In this document: piece after piece, positions 53,937 through 64,000 of the stretch
Numbering within the stretch: position 1 is the first letter of the stretch
Layout of the letters: each line of letters opens with the position of its first letter
DNA from: a virus
Taxonomy: Duplodnaviria; Caudoviricetes
DNA length: 64,000 nucleotides
Strand: one strand, 5' to 3'
Virus record (IMG/VR): IMGVR_UViG_3300005282_000001
Location: 1 to 64,000 of that record
The notes under the pieces: generated by a model
Databases searched by the model: none
Seen by the model: only the letters and a program-made list of their open reading frames with translations
Told to the model about the DNA's origin: nothing
Position numbers and translations under genes: made by a program

Positions 53937-54359
53937 TTATGATTTTGTTAGTTGGTGCACACGGAATACATATCGCATTGCACCAGTTATACCAGAGGAA
54001 CCTTGCCCACTGTAGTAAATCTGAGCGTCCTCATAGGTATTCTGTAGTATGTCATGAAGCACCTTATAGATTGAACTAATGGAACTCCATGTGGATGAAT
54101 ATATGTTGAACTCAAGGGTACTTTTTGATACTAAAAAGTTATTCACTTGACCTCTCATGGGTACAAATGTATAATCAAAGAATGGCATGGTGCTCACGTC
54201 ATCCTGTGTCATAACTGTAGTATCTGCCATTACCCTACGAATCTTATTGTTCAATATGTCCTCATCAGTCTCACCAGGTATCTCGAGAGCCTCTAGTAAT
54301 TCACTAGAAACACTGAAGATATCATATAGTTCTACTTGGATATCGAACTGGTCTTTCAT
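53937..54359 (-). CDS. Tail terminator-like protein
   Basis: Position and size; LEFNIYS pattern. Confidence 0.6.
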   Translation of the reverse strand: MKDQFDIQVELYDIFSVSSELLEALEIPGETDEDILNNKIRRVMADTTVMTQDDVSTMPFFDYTFVPMRGQVNNFLVSKSTLEFNIYSSTWSSISSIYKVLHDILQNTYEDAQIYYSGQGSSGITGAMRYVFRVHQLTKS

Positions 54360-54898
54360 ATTACCACATCCAGTGTTATAGATAGTTCTCTTGCGATTAG
54401 TTCAGTAGTTAACTCAGCAATCCTTGAGCGTAGCGTTGGGATTTCTGCCTCGATATACTCATGAACTATGTGCAGTGGTACTTTTGATTCATATGGTTCC
54501 TTATTTCCCATCTGATGTTCCAATCGCATTCCCTCAGCTCTACCAGTGGATTCATAAGTAGTACCATCTGGAACATATACGGTTTCACCAGCGGTTCTAC
54601 CGATGAACTCATTGCCATCACTTGCTCTTGCTGGGTTCCACCTGTCGGTACTCTTGTAATCCTCAAGATATGGATTGGATTCATCAAGTGTATGCCCACT
54701 ACCATACTCAAGTATCCACGCCTTATCTCCCCAAGCTCTAATGTATTCCACAACGTTACCAGAGGATATATATGGAACATCCACTGAACACTCTGCGAGT
54801 CCATCGACTCCTTGGGAACCTTCCCATTTGTTCTGTATGGTCCACGATACCTCTGTAGCCCACTGATGAACCAAAGCGGATAACTCTAGGTCAAACAC
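54356..54898 (-). CDS. Neck / tail completion protein
   Basis: AWILEYGSG (HK97 gp10-like ..lEyGT); position. Confidence 0.6.
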   Translation of the reverse strand: MFDLELSALVHQWATEVSWTIQNKWEGSQGVDGLAECSVDVPYISSGNVVEYIRAWGDKAWILEYGSGHTLDESNPYLEDYKSTDRWNPARASDGNEFIGRTAGETVYVPDGTTYESTGRAEGMRLEHQMGNKEPYESKVPLHIVHEYIEAEIPTLRSRIAELTTELIARELSITLDVVI

Positions 54899-55421
54899 TT
54901 TCGATCCATCCCATCTTCACGTTAATTGTGTTGGAAGCAGTAGATCCATTAGTGAACCTTAAGATATACTGTATGTTTGGTTTGAGAACCATTTTATACC
55001 CACCGCTTGCTATGCCACCCTGTCGAGTCTGAGGATTACCAGAGACCCCACCAATGTAGCTCTTTGACACAAGTGTCCCCACTGTAGTTACTGTGGTAGC
55101 TGTCTTCAGTATCGTATCAGAAGTAAAGGAAGAGTTCCTTTGATGGTTATAGGATGTTAAAGTGGTACCAGATGTAATAACTGAAGACTCATATAGTCCA
55201 ATAGTAACACTATCGGCAGATGTAACAATTGCTGCTGGGATATATATCATTGTACTATCACCTGTTAGTATTCCTAGGTCATAGTTGGCACCAGAGGCAA
55301 TTGCAGCGGTTGTAAAGAACGCTTCAAAGAGCCTACCTTCGTATACTGCGACATCCTCAACGGTATGCTTACAACCCATGAACCTTGCTTTGGTTCTCAC
55401 GGGATCATCAGTATAACTCAT
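54891..55421 (-). CDS. Virion structural hypothetical protein
   Basis: In the head-tail module; PN..Y.LRFTN pattern. Confidence 0.6.
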   Translation of the reverse strand: MSYTDDPVRTKARFMGCKHTVEDVAVYEGRLFEAFFTTAAIASGANYDLGILTGDSTMIYIPAAIVTSADSVTIGLYESSVITSGTTLTSYNHQRNSSFTSDTILKTATTVTTVGTLVSKSYIGGVSGNPQTRQGGIASGGYKMVLKPNIQYILRFTNGSTASNTINVKMGWIESV

Positions 55422-55984
55422 GTAATCACCACTTTTCTCTTGTCATCCGCAACTTGGACATCAATCAATCCAATGTATTTCCCATCGTCTATCGCAGATA
55501 CCGTATAGAATTTACCATCGAATACTATGCGGTCATTCAAGGAAACCTTTATGGTATTCTGTAGCATAAACTTGCGAACTGTAGTATCCAATAGTCCTGC
55601 ATCATACTGCCTCATGTTACTTGTGACAATTCTTTGGAAGCTATCATAGGCATTCACCAGTGTTCCCTTGTAACCTAGTGTAGCATTCCCTGAGACACTG
55701 TAGAGACTTATGGATGCGTTGACTTTCTTAAGTTGCCCTATCGTTGCTTCTACAGAGCTCTCTTGAGACACAATGAAGAATTTCTCTAGCGTACTCAAGT
55801 TAGTTACAAGATCTCCTTCGGAAAACTTGGTGTTATCTTGGAATGTTGCAGCTTTATCATAGGACTGAACCGATGAGCTTTCAGATTTTCCCCTGCGTGT
55901 CACAAGAATGCTTTCGTTATCCTTGCCAACACAAGAGAACTCTTTGACTTGCTCTCGGAAATATTTAAATACACTGGGCATCAC
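55418..55984 (-). CDS. Head closure-like protein
   Basis: V..NDRIVFDG..Y.V pattern; position. Confidence 0.6.
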   Translation of the reverse strand: MMPSVFKYFREQVKEFSCVGKDNESILVTRRGKSESSSVQSYDKAATFQDNTKFSEGDLVTNLSTLEKFFIVSQESSVEATIGQLKKVNASISLYSVSGNATLGYKGTLVNAYDSFQRIVTSNMRQYDAGLLDTTVRKFMLQNTIKVSLNDRIVFDGKFYTVSAIDDGKYIGLIDVQVADDKRKVVIT

Positions 55985-56583
55985 TTGAGCCTCAGAGTAT
56001 CAAGTATCTTACAGATTCCTTGCGACATTATTGGGTCATCCTTATCGGAAAGTACAACAGTAATATCAAAGTTTGTCTTGGACTTCCATGTGGTTATTCC
56101 ACCGTTTGTTGCAATAGCATCCGCAACCATCCCTGTAGCAATCTTAAGCTCCTCTGGAATAACTTCGTATCCACTGGTATATTTAACAATAATACTTGAG
56201 GGACTAGGAGAATGCCAAAGTTCATATGGAGCTGTCATAGCAAACGCTGGAGTTATTGCGGATTCTTGTGGAACAAATGTAAAGTATTCGAACTCTTCAT
56301 CATCAAAGTAAATACTTGACGGATCATAGGATACTAAGGTAACTCCTGTAGGCTTTAGCACTCTTGCGGTAACTTCTTCAACTGTTACTCTTGGGTAATG
56401 CCTAAGTTTACCTTTAGCAAATCCCTTGCGTTTTGTTAGTGATACCTGTTCAGTGTACGTAAGGACACCATAAGAACGTCCTGCGTATGAATCTATGGTA
56501 GCTGATGCGTCCCTTATGTCCTTTGCTGTAAGTCCGCTAGTTGAACAATAGGTTGCTATTTCAGCATCTGTTAAGTAGTTCAT
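55981..56583 (-). CDS. Head-tail adaptor protein
   Basis: YLT..E...Y...AS..IDSY.GR and VKYTSGY..IPEELK.A pattern. Confidence 0.7.
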   Translation of the reverse strand: MNYLTDAEIATYCSTSGLTAKDIRDASATIDSYAGRSYGVLTYTEQVSLTKRKGFAKGKLRHYPRVTVEEVTARVLKPTGVTLVSYDPSSIYFDDEEFEYFTFVPQESAITPAFAMTAPYELWHSPSPSSIIVKYTSGYEVIPEELKIATGMVADAIATNGGITTWKSKTNFDITVVLSDKDDPIMSQGICKILDTLRLK

Positions 56584-56780
56584 TTGACAAACCCCTGTTC
56601 CTTAAGTTTCTGTGCAGTCTCTTGTGATACTTTAGCTTTACCATTGGTGAAATTAACCATCTGATGTTTCATCATGATTGCTGAAGAATTACTATAGTTG
56701 TCCGTAAGTTCTACCTCGATATACTTAGGAGTTTCTACTGGTTCTTCTACTGGAACTTCTTTAGCTTTTCCTCTTGCCAT
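56580..56780 (-). CDS. Small structural protein
   Basis: ORF track; AAGGTGG SD. Confidence 0.65.
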   Translation of the reverse strand: MARGKAKEVPVEEPVETPKYIEVELTDNYSNSSAIMMKHQMVNFTNGKAKVSQETAQKLKEQGFVK

Positions 56781-56784
56781 CTTT

Positions 56785-57660
56785 TCACCACCTTAATTTC
56801 AATAGATTACTTATGATACTTTCTAAGTTATTCTTTTGAGTATACTTAATTGCTACTAAAGGAATACCATGAGATTTACAGTAAAGCCTCTTAAGTCTGT
56901 CTAGTCTTTTACAGTTTTTTAAACTTTCTTTTGACCATTCTTCACCTTTACCTGCAAAATCTGCTGGTCTATAATGTTGTTCCCCTTGGTATTCTAATAG
57001 TAATTTTATAGTTTTACCATCATCATTAAAAATACAGAAGTCAAATCTTAGTAAGCGCGTAGTTTTTAAATCTGGAAAACTATATTGAGTTGCGTATATT
57101 ACATTATTTTTCTTAAGAATATCATCAATTAGTGCTTCAGATTTAGATGATCTACACTTACTACACCTGCATCCATGAGTTATCGATCTAAATGTAATAA
57201 CTTGTTCCCCATGAACTGGACAAATATATCTGAGTTTTTGATTACAATTATTGTATTCTTTTGTCAGTAATATATACCCTAGTTTATCAAACTCAGATTT
57301 AACATATTCATACGAATTCCTATGTTTTTCCAAACAATTCTTTCTATTATTACCAATAGACAAGATATCTGTTGTCCCGTAGTTCTTCATTAAAGTTTTA
57401 TTGCCTTTTATTCGCTTACAATGCTTACAATAGTCTTTACCATCAACATATCTTTTGTTATTATAGTAACCATAACATGTATCTACTATTTCTCCACAAA
57501 TATCACAAGAAACCTTAATTCTAGCGAGACTAGTTGGCTTTAAATCCTTAGTTTTTACAGTAACTGGGGTACCAATACCAGTGAATATATACCCCTTACT
57601 AAGAAACAATTTTTTAGTTGATGGGTTCCACTTAGTTTCAACAGTTTCAGTTAATAGCAA
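56785..57660 (-). mobile_element. Free-standing endonuclease with Zn ribbons and Vsr/PD-(D/E)xK-like domain
   Basis: CDIC, CKHC, CPVHG, CSKC; LRFDF.I...LLEYQGEQHY...D..K..YC...I.L; inserted after the capsid gene. Confidence 0.75.
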
Positions 57661-57677
57661 TTAATTTCCCCCAATAC

Positions 57678-57700
57678 AAAGTAGAGGGGTTTCCCCCTCC
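57678..57700 (-). terminator. Terminator after the major capsid gene
   Basis: GAGGGG-GAAA-CCCCTC then TACTTTG. Confidence 0.7.
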
Positions 57701-57703
57701 TAT

Positions 57704-58774
57704 TTATGCAGTAATTGCTTTTGTAAGACGAAAGTGCATACCAGTGTACGGGAATCTCAACACATAACTCATGTATTCAAGCATTTGTTTATCCGTGAGT
57801 AGTCTCTGGTTAGCAAGTGGCTGACTAGCGTTCGCAAATTCGAAGAACTGCGGACCATTGTTAATCCACCACACCTTATCAATATACTTACGATTCAAGG
57901 CTACAATAGTATGTGTAGTGGTACCGCCGGATACCGTAGGTTTAATAAATGGTGTAATCATGATTGGTAATGTACCAGCATAAGTATTAATTGCTCTAAC
58001 ATTCCAGCCTGGTACGATATCAGCAGTAATTTCTTGCATGTAGTTCGCACGACCTCTTTCTTCTTGAACCATAGCATCATACGTTGCAGCATTCATGCAG
58101 ATAACATCAGGCATACCTGTGTAATCTAAACGAGCCTGCAAAGAAGCAATTTTGGTATTGATGGCATCCGCAATATAAACACCATCAGCGATTGGAGTGC
58201 TATCCGTAATCTGCGAAAGAATACCAGTCGTTTCGAACTTGTACGTACTAGCGACATCATCAAGAGCAGTCGAACGACCATTGAAGAAATCATTAGCTTT
58301 CGTTTTGTTAAACGCAACAATCATATCGTTGTAATCTTTGACTGTCAAGTCTTCAAACGATCCATAACGTTGTTCCATTTTCATCGTAAAGTAATCATAC
58401 TGAATACGACCGCCATACAAACGAGCTACAACATTCTGGAAGTTGTTACGACCATAATCCGTATCGGAAACTGTGCTACCGAAGTCAGCAGTAGTTGTAC
58501 CTACACCAAGTTTCGGATCCATTGCCATTGTATTGTTAGGCATTTTCTTTTGTTCGTTGAATACATGAACTGTACCAGACGATTCGATAGTGTTAAACCC
58601 AACTTCAATTGGGAAGTCTCTCAAAAGAGAATCATAGAGTTTTTCCTCATATCCAGCAACTTCTAACGAGTGATTTTCATTGATTGTTACGCCAGGGTAT
58701 GCAGCGAAAACTTTAGCACCTTTTACGTTATCTACTGCACCCATGACTAATTGACGATTATAATCCATATTCAC
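57704..58774 (-). CDS. Major capsid protein
   Basis: 356 aa, after the protease/scaffold gene, followed by a terminator; FFNG...GILSQI, PD.I.MN pattern. Confidence 0.8.
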   Translation of the reverse strand: MNMDYNRQLVMGAVDNVKGAKVFAAYPGVTINENHSLEVAGYEEKLYDSLLRDFPIEVGFNTIESSGTVHVFNEQKKMPNNTMAMDPKLGVGTTTADFGSTVSDTDYGRNNFQNVVARLYGGRIQYDYFTMKMEQRYGSFEDLTVKDYNDMIVAFNKTKANDFFNGRSTALDDVASTYKFETTGILSQITDSTPIADGVYIADAINTKIASLQARLDYTGMPDVICMNAATYDAMVQEERGRANYMQEITADIVPGWNVRAINTYAGTLPIMITPFIKPTVSGGTTTHTIVALNRKYIDKVWWINNGPQFFEFANASQPLANQRLLTDKQMLEYMSYVLRFPYTGMHFRLTKAITA

Positions 58775-58783
58775 ATCTCTCCC

Positions 58784-59800
58784 TTATTCTGCAATTCCAG
58801 CGTTAATTTTTACAACTTTGTGCATGTATTCATCCATGTTAATCTTACCAGCTCTTAAGTCTTCCTTGGCAGCCTTAACTAACTCAGGTTTCCCTTTGAC
58901 TGGTTTACTAGCTTCATCAGCTACTACCTGCTGTCCTGCTGCAAGTACTGTAGGAACTGGAATGTCTCCTGCGGCTTTCACAGGTTCAACAACTGGTTCT
59001 ACCGCAGGAACAACTGTGGATGCTTCAATTTTTTCTTTAGCTTCTGCAAGGTTAACCGCAAGAGCTTCCATGTCTTCTTTAGATTTCAATGCACTTGCTT
59101 TGATTTCCTCAACATCTTTGGAAACACCTTCGATACCCTCTTTGATTTTCTGGTCAATGCTTGCGGAAATCTTTTCAAACTTCGCATCGAATCCTGCATT
59201 GATACCATCGATAATACCTTTGATTTCTTCTGCTGTCATTTTATCATTCTCCTTCGCTTGTGCGGCAATCAATTGAGTTTCATCTCCATAGGCTGCCTTT
59301 GTTTTGTATAGTATTGTACCGCCGATGAACGTGAAATCGTCGATTAACATTTCATCACCATTGGTTCTATATGATTTCGCAAGAATTTCATAAGAGAATC
59401 CTAAGTCGTTTTTCTCTTGTTTGATACTTGCGCAAATCTTCGGGAACGTTTCATTGAATAGATACCCAGAAACCCATAGGTCTCCATCTTGTACCCATCC
59501 TTTACTAAAGATACCTACGACTGTCTTATCATGTCCTGAGAATTTACCATCAGGATTATTCCATGCGACATTCACTGGTTGCCCTATGATACTTGGGATA
59601 GCTTTCTCTGCGGCCGCTTGTGTTATCACAGCTTTCTTTCCAACATTACTCATTGGAGCTTTTACAGATGCTTCATCAAGGTTGCATAGGATACCAGTGA
59701 ATGGCTGGCGGTTCTCAAGTGGCTCAGATACTGATAGAGCACCGCAGGATATCTTGAGTTTATCGAATGGCAATCCCAAAGCCCCCAGCGAGCTGTGCAT
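58784..59800 (-). CDS. Prohead protease / scaffold protein
   Basis: H...VGI....W.....L.VSGYL.....P, GFSYE; long charged C-terminal tail; likely start TTG 59773. Confidence 0.7.
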   Translation of the reverse strand: MHSSLGALGLPFDKLKISCGALSVSEPLENRQPFTGILCNLDEASVKAPMSNVGKKAVITQAAAEKAIPSIIGQPVNVAWNNPDGKFSGHDKTVVGIFSKGWVQDGDLWVSGYLFNETFPKICASIKQEKNDLGFSYEILAKSYRTNGDEMLIDDFTFIGGTILYKTKAAYGDETQLIAAQAKENDKMTAEEIKGIIDGINAGFDAKFEKISASIDQKIKEGIEGVSKDVEEIKASALKSKEDMEALAVNLAEAKEKIEASTVVPAVEPVVEPVKAAGDIPVPTVLAAGQQVVADEASKPVKGKPELVKAAKEDLRAGKINMDEYMHKVVKINAGIAE

Positions 59801-60341
59801 TACCTGTGATTACAACTTTGAACACAAGTGATGTTCCCGTAGGTTTCGCACCAATGAATACTCCAGAACCACCATAGATTTGCGTGAACGTTGTGCCAGC
59901 ATCGCGAGAAACGAAGTAGGAAATTGTTCCAGTTCCAAGAGTTTCTGTGCCTAACTTAAGTACCGCATAGTTATCCGTAGAACTCACAGTGTAAGCATTG
60001 GATACTACAGTGGCTGTAGCAGTCGTTAAGGTAGCCTTGAGAATCTTACCCGTAGTATCAAGTGTATAATTTGTGGAACTTCCTGCGTTTACAAATGTAT
60101 TCGCATCGAAGGCCTCTACGATTTTCGTAGTGGTTGCTGCGGTAGTCCCAAGGGTAATCGCTGCGAGTGCTGTGTTATCTAATGATTTCTGCATTGGTTT
60201 ATCACCAAATACATAAGCTCCAGCAGTTAACACATTGTCACCTAAGTATTTAAAAGCTTTCTTAAGAGAACCCTTCTCGCCTACTTTAGTACACTTATGG
60301 TACCCTAAAGTTACCACATTAGTTAATCCAGTTTCATACAA
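59760..60341 (-). CDS. Virion-associated hypothetical protein
   Basis: Thr-rich beta-type sequence in the head module. Confidence 0.6.
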   Translation of the reverse strand: MYETGLTNVVTLGYHKCTKVGEKGSLKKAFKYLGDNVLTAGAYVFGDKPMQKSLDNTALAAITLGTTAATTTKIVEAFDANTFVNAGSSTNYTLDTTGKILKATLTTATATVVSNAYTVSSTDNYAVLKLGTETLGTGTISYFVSRDAGTTFTQIYGGSGVFIGAKPTGTSLVFKVVITGNAQLAGGFGIAIR

Positions 60342-60347
60342 TAGTTA

Positions 60348-60641
60348 TCACTTCTTTCCTTTACATGCTGCCTTCATAGGACTACTAGCGGATGCTTTAG
60401 TTTTACATGCGCATTTTACTTTAGTATCCGCTGCACACATCTTTGATTTATCCATTGAACCCTTAACATTCTTAAGTTTTGGATTGGCTTTCTTCGCGGC
60501 TGGTGAAGCATTTCTTGCGACTTTTGCAGCAGTTGCATCACCAATCTCTTGAGCTTTCTTAGGACTCATGCCTTTATCAATGTACCCCTGTGCAATACTG
60601 TTGGATACCTTATCAAACCCCAGATGTTTCTTTGTTGCCAA
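60348..60641 (-). CDS. Small basic hypothetical protein
   Basis: GGAGGGG SD; Lys/Ala-rich. Confidence 0.65.
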   Translation of the reverse strand: MATKKHLGFDKVSNSIAQGYIDKGMSPKKAQEIGDATAAKVARNASPAAKKANPKLKNVKGSMDKSKMCAADTKVKCACKTKASASSPMKAACKGKK

Positions 60642-61983
60642 TCATATCCCCTCCTTCATTAGGTTTCTTACCAACTCCATTGAATCCACCAGTATCTTTT
60701 GCTTTACCAGATTCCTTAAGTATCTTCAGTTGATTATCTGTGTTGATAGCTCCTGAGGCTTCCTGTGAGGTCATCTGAGCATAGTTTGTGTCCTGTATAG
60801 GATAACCTAAGGCTTCTCTTCCATCGTTCCTTGTGATAAGTCCTGTGGTGTACTGAGCACATACGCGAGAATTCAATGAATTCAATTGAGCGTCCGTTAG
60901 TTCATACTTGAATTTAAACTTAAGTATACCTTCATAACCCAACTGAGCAATCACATGTTGATTCCACATGTCCTCTATAACATTTGCCCATGGTTTTATA
61001 ACGTTTTCCAAGATGTAGTTGTCAAGGTCAGCTTCAGTAGATCTATCGGTACTTGTCATAACACCCATGCGTCTCGGTGGCATCTTGAAAGCCATCCCCA
61101 CGATTACCCTTAGGAACTCTTGGTATTCCGTCATGAGTGCATCTTTAGATATTGCCTTGATTTGCTTGGACTCAAATGCGTCCCCACCAGATATCACAGG
61201 AATCTTACCAGTACCTTCAATTTCCTCTGCCATATACTTACGGAATTCGTTAAGGGTTGTTTCGCCCATTCCTTTGAAATACAATAGGAATTCTGAAGTT
61301 GAGTTTGCAGCTACCTCATCAGCTCTCTCGCCAGCCGTAAGCATTGCCCTAACGTATTGATAGGCTGTCATAAGGGGGCTTACAGGATACGGTTCATGCG
61401 TAAAGTATTCCTTCTGGATATACGCAAGTTGTTGTGCAGAGAAATATTTAGTTCCCTCTGGTTGCTGTTGTGCATATCTTGCGGCATCCTCATGTTGATA
61501 ATCATAAGGGACCACATGTTGTATTGTGGTTGCATCAGTTGGGTAAAGATACAATGGATGACTAGTGTCACCACACGGAACCTTTTCAAATGCACCAGCA
61601 CCCCTAGCAACCAACATATCCTCAAGGATTAGCTTGGTAAATGCTACTCTTGAGTTCACCAAATTAGGACATTCGATAATATTAGTAATCTGCTTGCGTT
61701 GCTTAGAATACTTACGAGTATCATTAGGATCAACATTTTCGATTACATATGGAAGTCTACTTATGGTATCCTCAATTTGTGTTACAGGAATTCTACAGAT
61801 TGCATTGCGACCAAAGTTCCTCAGTTCAACATGTGATGGATTCTTAGGAAGCATAGTGTGTTGCCCTGGAGTTTTCGCAGAAACCCAATTGTAAAACATG
61901 TTAGGCAACACAGCGAATGCTGGAGGTGATATTTTGGTTGCTGCGAGTACCCTAAGTTTTTCTATGATATTGATGTAAATCAC
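60613..61983 (-). CDS. Portal protein
   Basis: 456 aa after terminase; LYLYP.DA.TI, FK.PP..MG, ITRND.RE.LGYP. Confidence 0.85.
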   Translation of the reverse strand: MIYINIIEKLRVLAATKISPPAFAVLPNMFYNWVSAKTPGQHTMLPKNPSHVELRNFGRNAICRIPVTQIEDTISRLPYVIENVDPNDTRKYSKQRKQITNIIECPNLVNSRVAFTKLILEDMLVARGAGAFEKVPCGDTSHPLYLYPTDATTIQHVVPYDYQHEDAARYAQQQPEGTKYFSAQQLAYIQKEYFTHEPYPVSPLMTAYQYVRAMLTAGERADEVAANSTSEFLLYFKGMGETTLNEFRKYMAEEIEGTGKIPVISGGDAFESKQIKAISKDALMTEYQEFLRVIVGMAFKMPPRRMGVMTSTDRSTEADLDNYILENVIKPWANVIEDMWNQHVIAQLGYEGILKFKFKYELTDAQLNSLNSRVCAQYTTGLITRNDGREALGYPIQDTNYAQMTSQEASGAINTDNQLKILKESGKAKDTGGFNGVGKKPNEGGDMIGNKETSGV

Positions 61984-62006
61984 CTCCTCTCTCCTTTAGA
62001 TATTTG

Positions 62007-62252
62007 TTATTTTACAGTAAAGTTTTCCCATTTCTTATAAACGTCAACATATGTTTCATTCTTGTCACCATTATGTGTAATCTCATAGTACATACCATCA
62101 GATACATTGGTACTCGCTAGTACTTTCCAATTCTGTAGAGTCTTTGCAAACCAGACGATATAAATGTCATCGATTGCAACCTGTTTTCTATCTGTTTTAT
62201 CCACACGACTATTAAAGTATTCCATAACAATTTTCTTTGCTTTTTCTTGCAT
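62007..62252 (-). CDS. Conserved phage hypothetical protein
   Basis: YIVWFAKTLQNWK.L.ST...DGMYYE.T.NGDK.E.Y.D.YKK.EN motif. Confidence 0.75.
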   Translation of the reverse strand: MQEKAKKIVMEYFNSRVDKTDRKQVAIDDIYIVWFAKTLQNWKVLASTNVSDGMYYEITHNGDKNETYVDVYKKWENFTVK

Positions 62253-62268
62253 TTACTATCGCTCTCCT

Positions 62269-63939
62269 TTAGATTCCGAATTGTTTGTACGCTTGTTTAG
62301 CTTTAGTTATCCATGATGCTTCAGTCTTCTTTGAGCCATTGGTATCAATAGAAGCAAATGAGAATTTCTTGAGTGCTGTGTCGGAAACCCCTTGCATAGC
62401 CATCCATAAGCTATCGAATAGATTATCAGATGCAGCCTTAGGGAACCTTCGCATTTCGTTCATGAGTTTCTTTTGTTCTGGCTCATTGAATTTTATCCAG
62501 CCATTCCTTATGGGAATTATGAGTGACCTAAGTTTCATGGATTTATCGCGGTTAGTCGGTGGCTTAATTCCATTGGTCGGGATGATTATTCCTGCTGATT
62601 TCGCACGGTTATCTATGAGGTCCTTAAGCAACACTTGGAATACTGTTGTTTCTACATTGACTGACCTAAGAATATCAAAGTATTGTGAGGCGAATAGGAA
62701 TATCTGGTCAATCACCTGGTCTATAGGTTTTTTACCAGACCACGTCTCTAGTACATAGTATTGGTTATTGCTATCTTTCCCTACAACTGTTATAGCTGAA
62801 TCATCAGATTTCCTCTTGGCAGTTGCAGCAGCATCTATCCCGATGTACGCATCAACAATCTCAGGTAATTCCGCAGGATTGTATTGTGCTCTCTCAAGCC
62901 ATTCCTCTTTGATCTCACGGTTTTCCTCAAGGACTCCATCGTTCTGATACTCAGTAGCAAATGCATCCTCACCAATTCCTATACGTTCCTTAATTAGTTC
63001 ATAATAGGCATCATCAGAACGGTTCCAAAGTACTTCTGTACCCTTTAGCATTTCTTCCCTATGTTCATGATAAAACTTATCAGAGTTATCTATTCTATTA
63101 GGGTCCTCAAGATTAACTCTAACATCAAACCATTCATCCCACAACGGCGATTCAGAAAAACTTATGACTGCTTGATATTTTCTAGTGAAGAATGCTGAAT
63201 ACTGTGGATCTGTCAGCATTCTAAAGAGCAAACATGCGTCATTCAATATAGTACCCACAACAAATATGTTGCAGTTTTTCTCACCAGCTGGCATAACTAC
63301 TTTATTAACCCAGTCCTCAATTTTATGCCTTTGTTCAGACGTACTTGAGTTAGCTTCTGAAAGTATTTCATCACAAATTATCATAGTAGGTCTATAACCA
63401 TCCATTTTGGTTCCACGTACGTCCATTCCAGAACCTTTGACGCTCATTGTTATCCCGTTATAACATTTTATTTGACTTGAATTCCATGGCTTTTCACCTA
63501 CAAGATTTCCAAAATCGGCAATAAATTTATCATCTGTTTCTATAAATGCTATAATATCTCTCAAGAAAGCCTTTCCAAGGGGACCCGTGGATGTTACCAA
63601 TAGGATATTTTTGGTATGCTTGTACGCTATACACCACAAAGGGAAAGCATATGATGCCCAAAAGGACTTAGCGGAACCACGGTTACTCACGTAGCATGTG
63701 TGAGTCTTCTCTTCTTTATGCTCAAGAACTAACGATTGTAGTCTGTTGGCAATATTATAGTGAAACTCTGAGAGTCTATCCCATTCCTCTTGCGCTTCAT
63801 TCCAGAGGTACGTGTGAACGAACAGCATGAAATCATAGCGACACTTATCTTTGTCACTTTGGGATACTGGAGTTTTACTTTTGGCTTCTTCAGCGTGTTC
63901 CGCAAATAACTCATCAAGAACATTAGCCACTGATAACAC
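62269..63939 (-). CDS. terL: Terminase large subunit
   Basis: Walker A-like NRGSAKS, Walker B IICDE, VVGT coupling motif, nuclease IGIDAA...DDSA...DNLFDS. Confidence 0.9.
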   Translation of the reverse strand: MLSVANVLDELFAEHAEEAKSKTPVSQSDKDKCRYDFMLFVHTYLWNEAQEEWDRLSEFHYNIANRLQSLVLEHKEEKTHTCYVSNRGSAKSFWASYAFPLWCIAYKHTKNILLVTSTGPLGKAFLRDIIAFIETDDKFIADFGNLVGEKPWNSSQIKCYNGITMSVKGSGMDVRGTKMDGYRPTMIICDEILSEANSSTSEQRHKIEDWVNKVVMPAGEKNCNIFVVGTILNDACLLFRMLTDPQYSAFFTRKYQAVISFSESPLWDEWFDVRVNLEDPNRIDNSDKFYHEHREEMLKGTEVLWNRSDDAYYELIKERIGIGEDAFATEYQNDGVLEENREIKEEWLERAQYNPAELPEIVDAYIGIDAAATAKRKSDDSAITVVGKDSNNQYYVLETWSGKKPIDQVIDQIFLFASQYFDILRSVNVETTVFQVLLKDLIDNRAKSAGIIIPTNGIKPPTNRDKSMKLRSLIIPIRNGWIKFNEPEQKKLMNEMRRFPKAASDNLFDSLWMAMQGVSDTALKKFSFASIDTNGSKKTEASWITKAKQAYKQFGI

Positions 63940-63952
63940 CTTCCTTAGTATT

Positions 63953-64000
63953 CAACAGATATCTGCTTTGATGTTGCTGTATTCTCCAGTACCTTTTATC
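63953..64000 (-). CDS. 3' end of an upstream gene (truncated by the window)
   Basis: Open minus-strand frame IKGTGEYSNIKADIC* ending just before the terL SD. Confidence 0.35.

Noticed and set aside
2239-63923. Many ORF-track entries antisense to or nested in called genes (e.g. 2239-2667, 7589-7930, 17202-17843, 32750-33139, 47113-47598, 58818-59276, 62285-62758)
   Set aside because: No SD, opposite to the local operon direction, and explained as shadow frames of real genes.
63965-63981. Minus-strand ACAGCAACATCAAAG resembling the 30-bp repeat unit (possible terminal repeat)
   Set aside because: Only a 15-nt near match, inside a probable coding frame; likely chance.
1-64000. tRNA genes, diversity-generating retroelement or retron, alternative genetic code
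   Set aside because: No cloverleaf or T-loop context seen, no reverse transcriptase motifs, and the long genes read through under the standard code.

Overview
A 64-kb piece of a tailed dsDNA bacteriophage genome. The host is probably a Firmicute, possibly Negativicutes; this is inferred from sigma-A-type promoters, strong SD sites, a family C DnaE and the gene families present. Layout: (i) 1-1700 is an AT-rich control region with 30-bp tandem repeats, a 19-bp inverted repeat, clustered DnaA boxes and two near-identical promoter-small ORF-terminator cassettes on the minus strand. (ii) 1.7-37.1 kb is the plus-strand early/middle arm: small unknown ORFs, ProQ/FinO-like protein, tyrosine recombinase, two antirepressors, DnaE with an HNH intein, T7-like SSB, RNA ligase, primase-helicase, 5'-3' exonuclease, dNMP kinase, RusA, class II RNR with a Gln-ending LAGLIDADG intein, ThyX-like protein, dUTPase, a sigma-like regulator and four free-standing HNH-type endonucleases. 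(iii) 37.3-64 kb is the minus-strand morphogenesis/lysis arm: terminase, portal, capsid, siphovirus-type tail, GH43-like tail protein and amidase endolysin. The most striking unannotated signals are nucleic-acid structures. Two canonical hammerhead ribozymes (type II at 1975-2054, type I at 2408-2472) bracket a single early gene. A covarying double-hairpin element is fused to the ribosome-binding site of nine plus-strand genes. Two ORF-less group I introns split the tape-measure gene, which the ORF track shows as three ORFs. No tRNA, CRISPR array or reverse transcriptase was seen. All family assignments come from motif recognition by eye, not from database searches.
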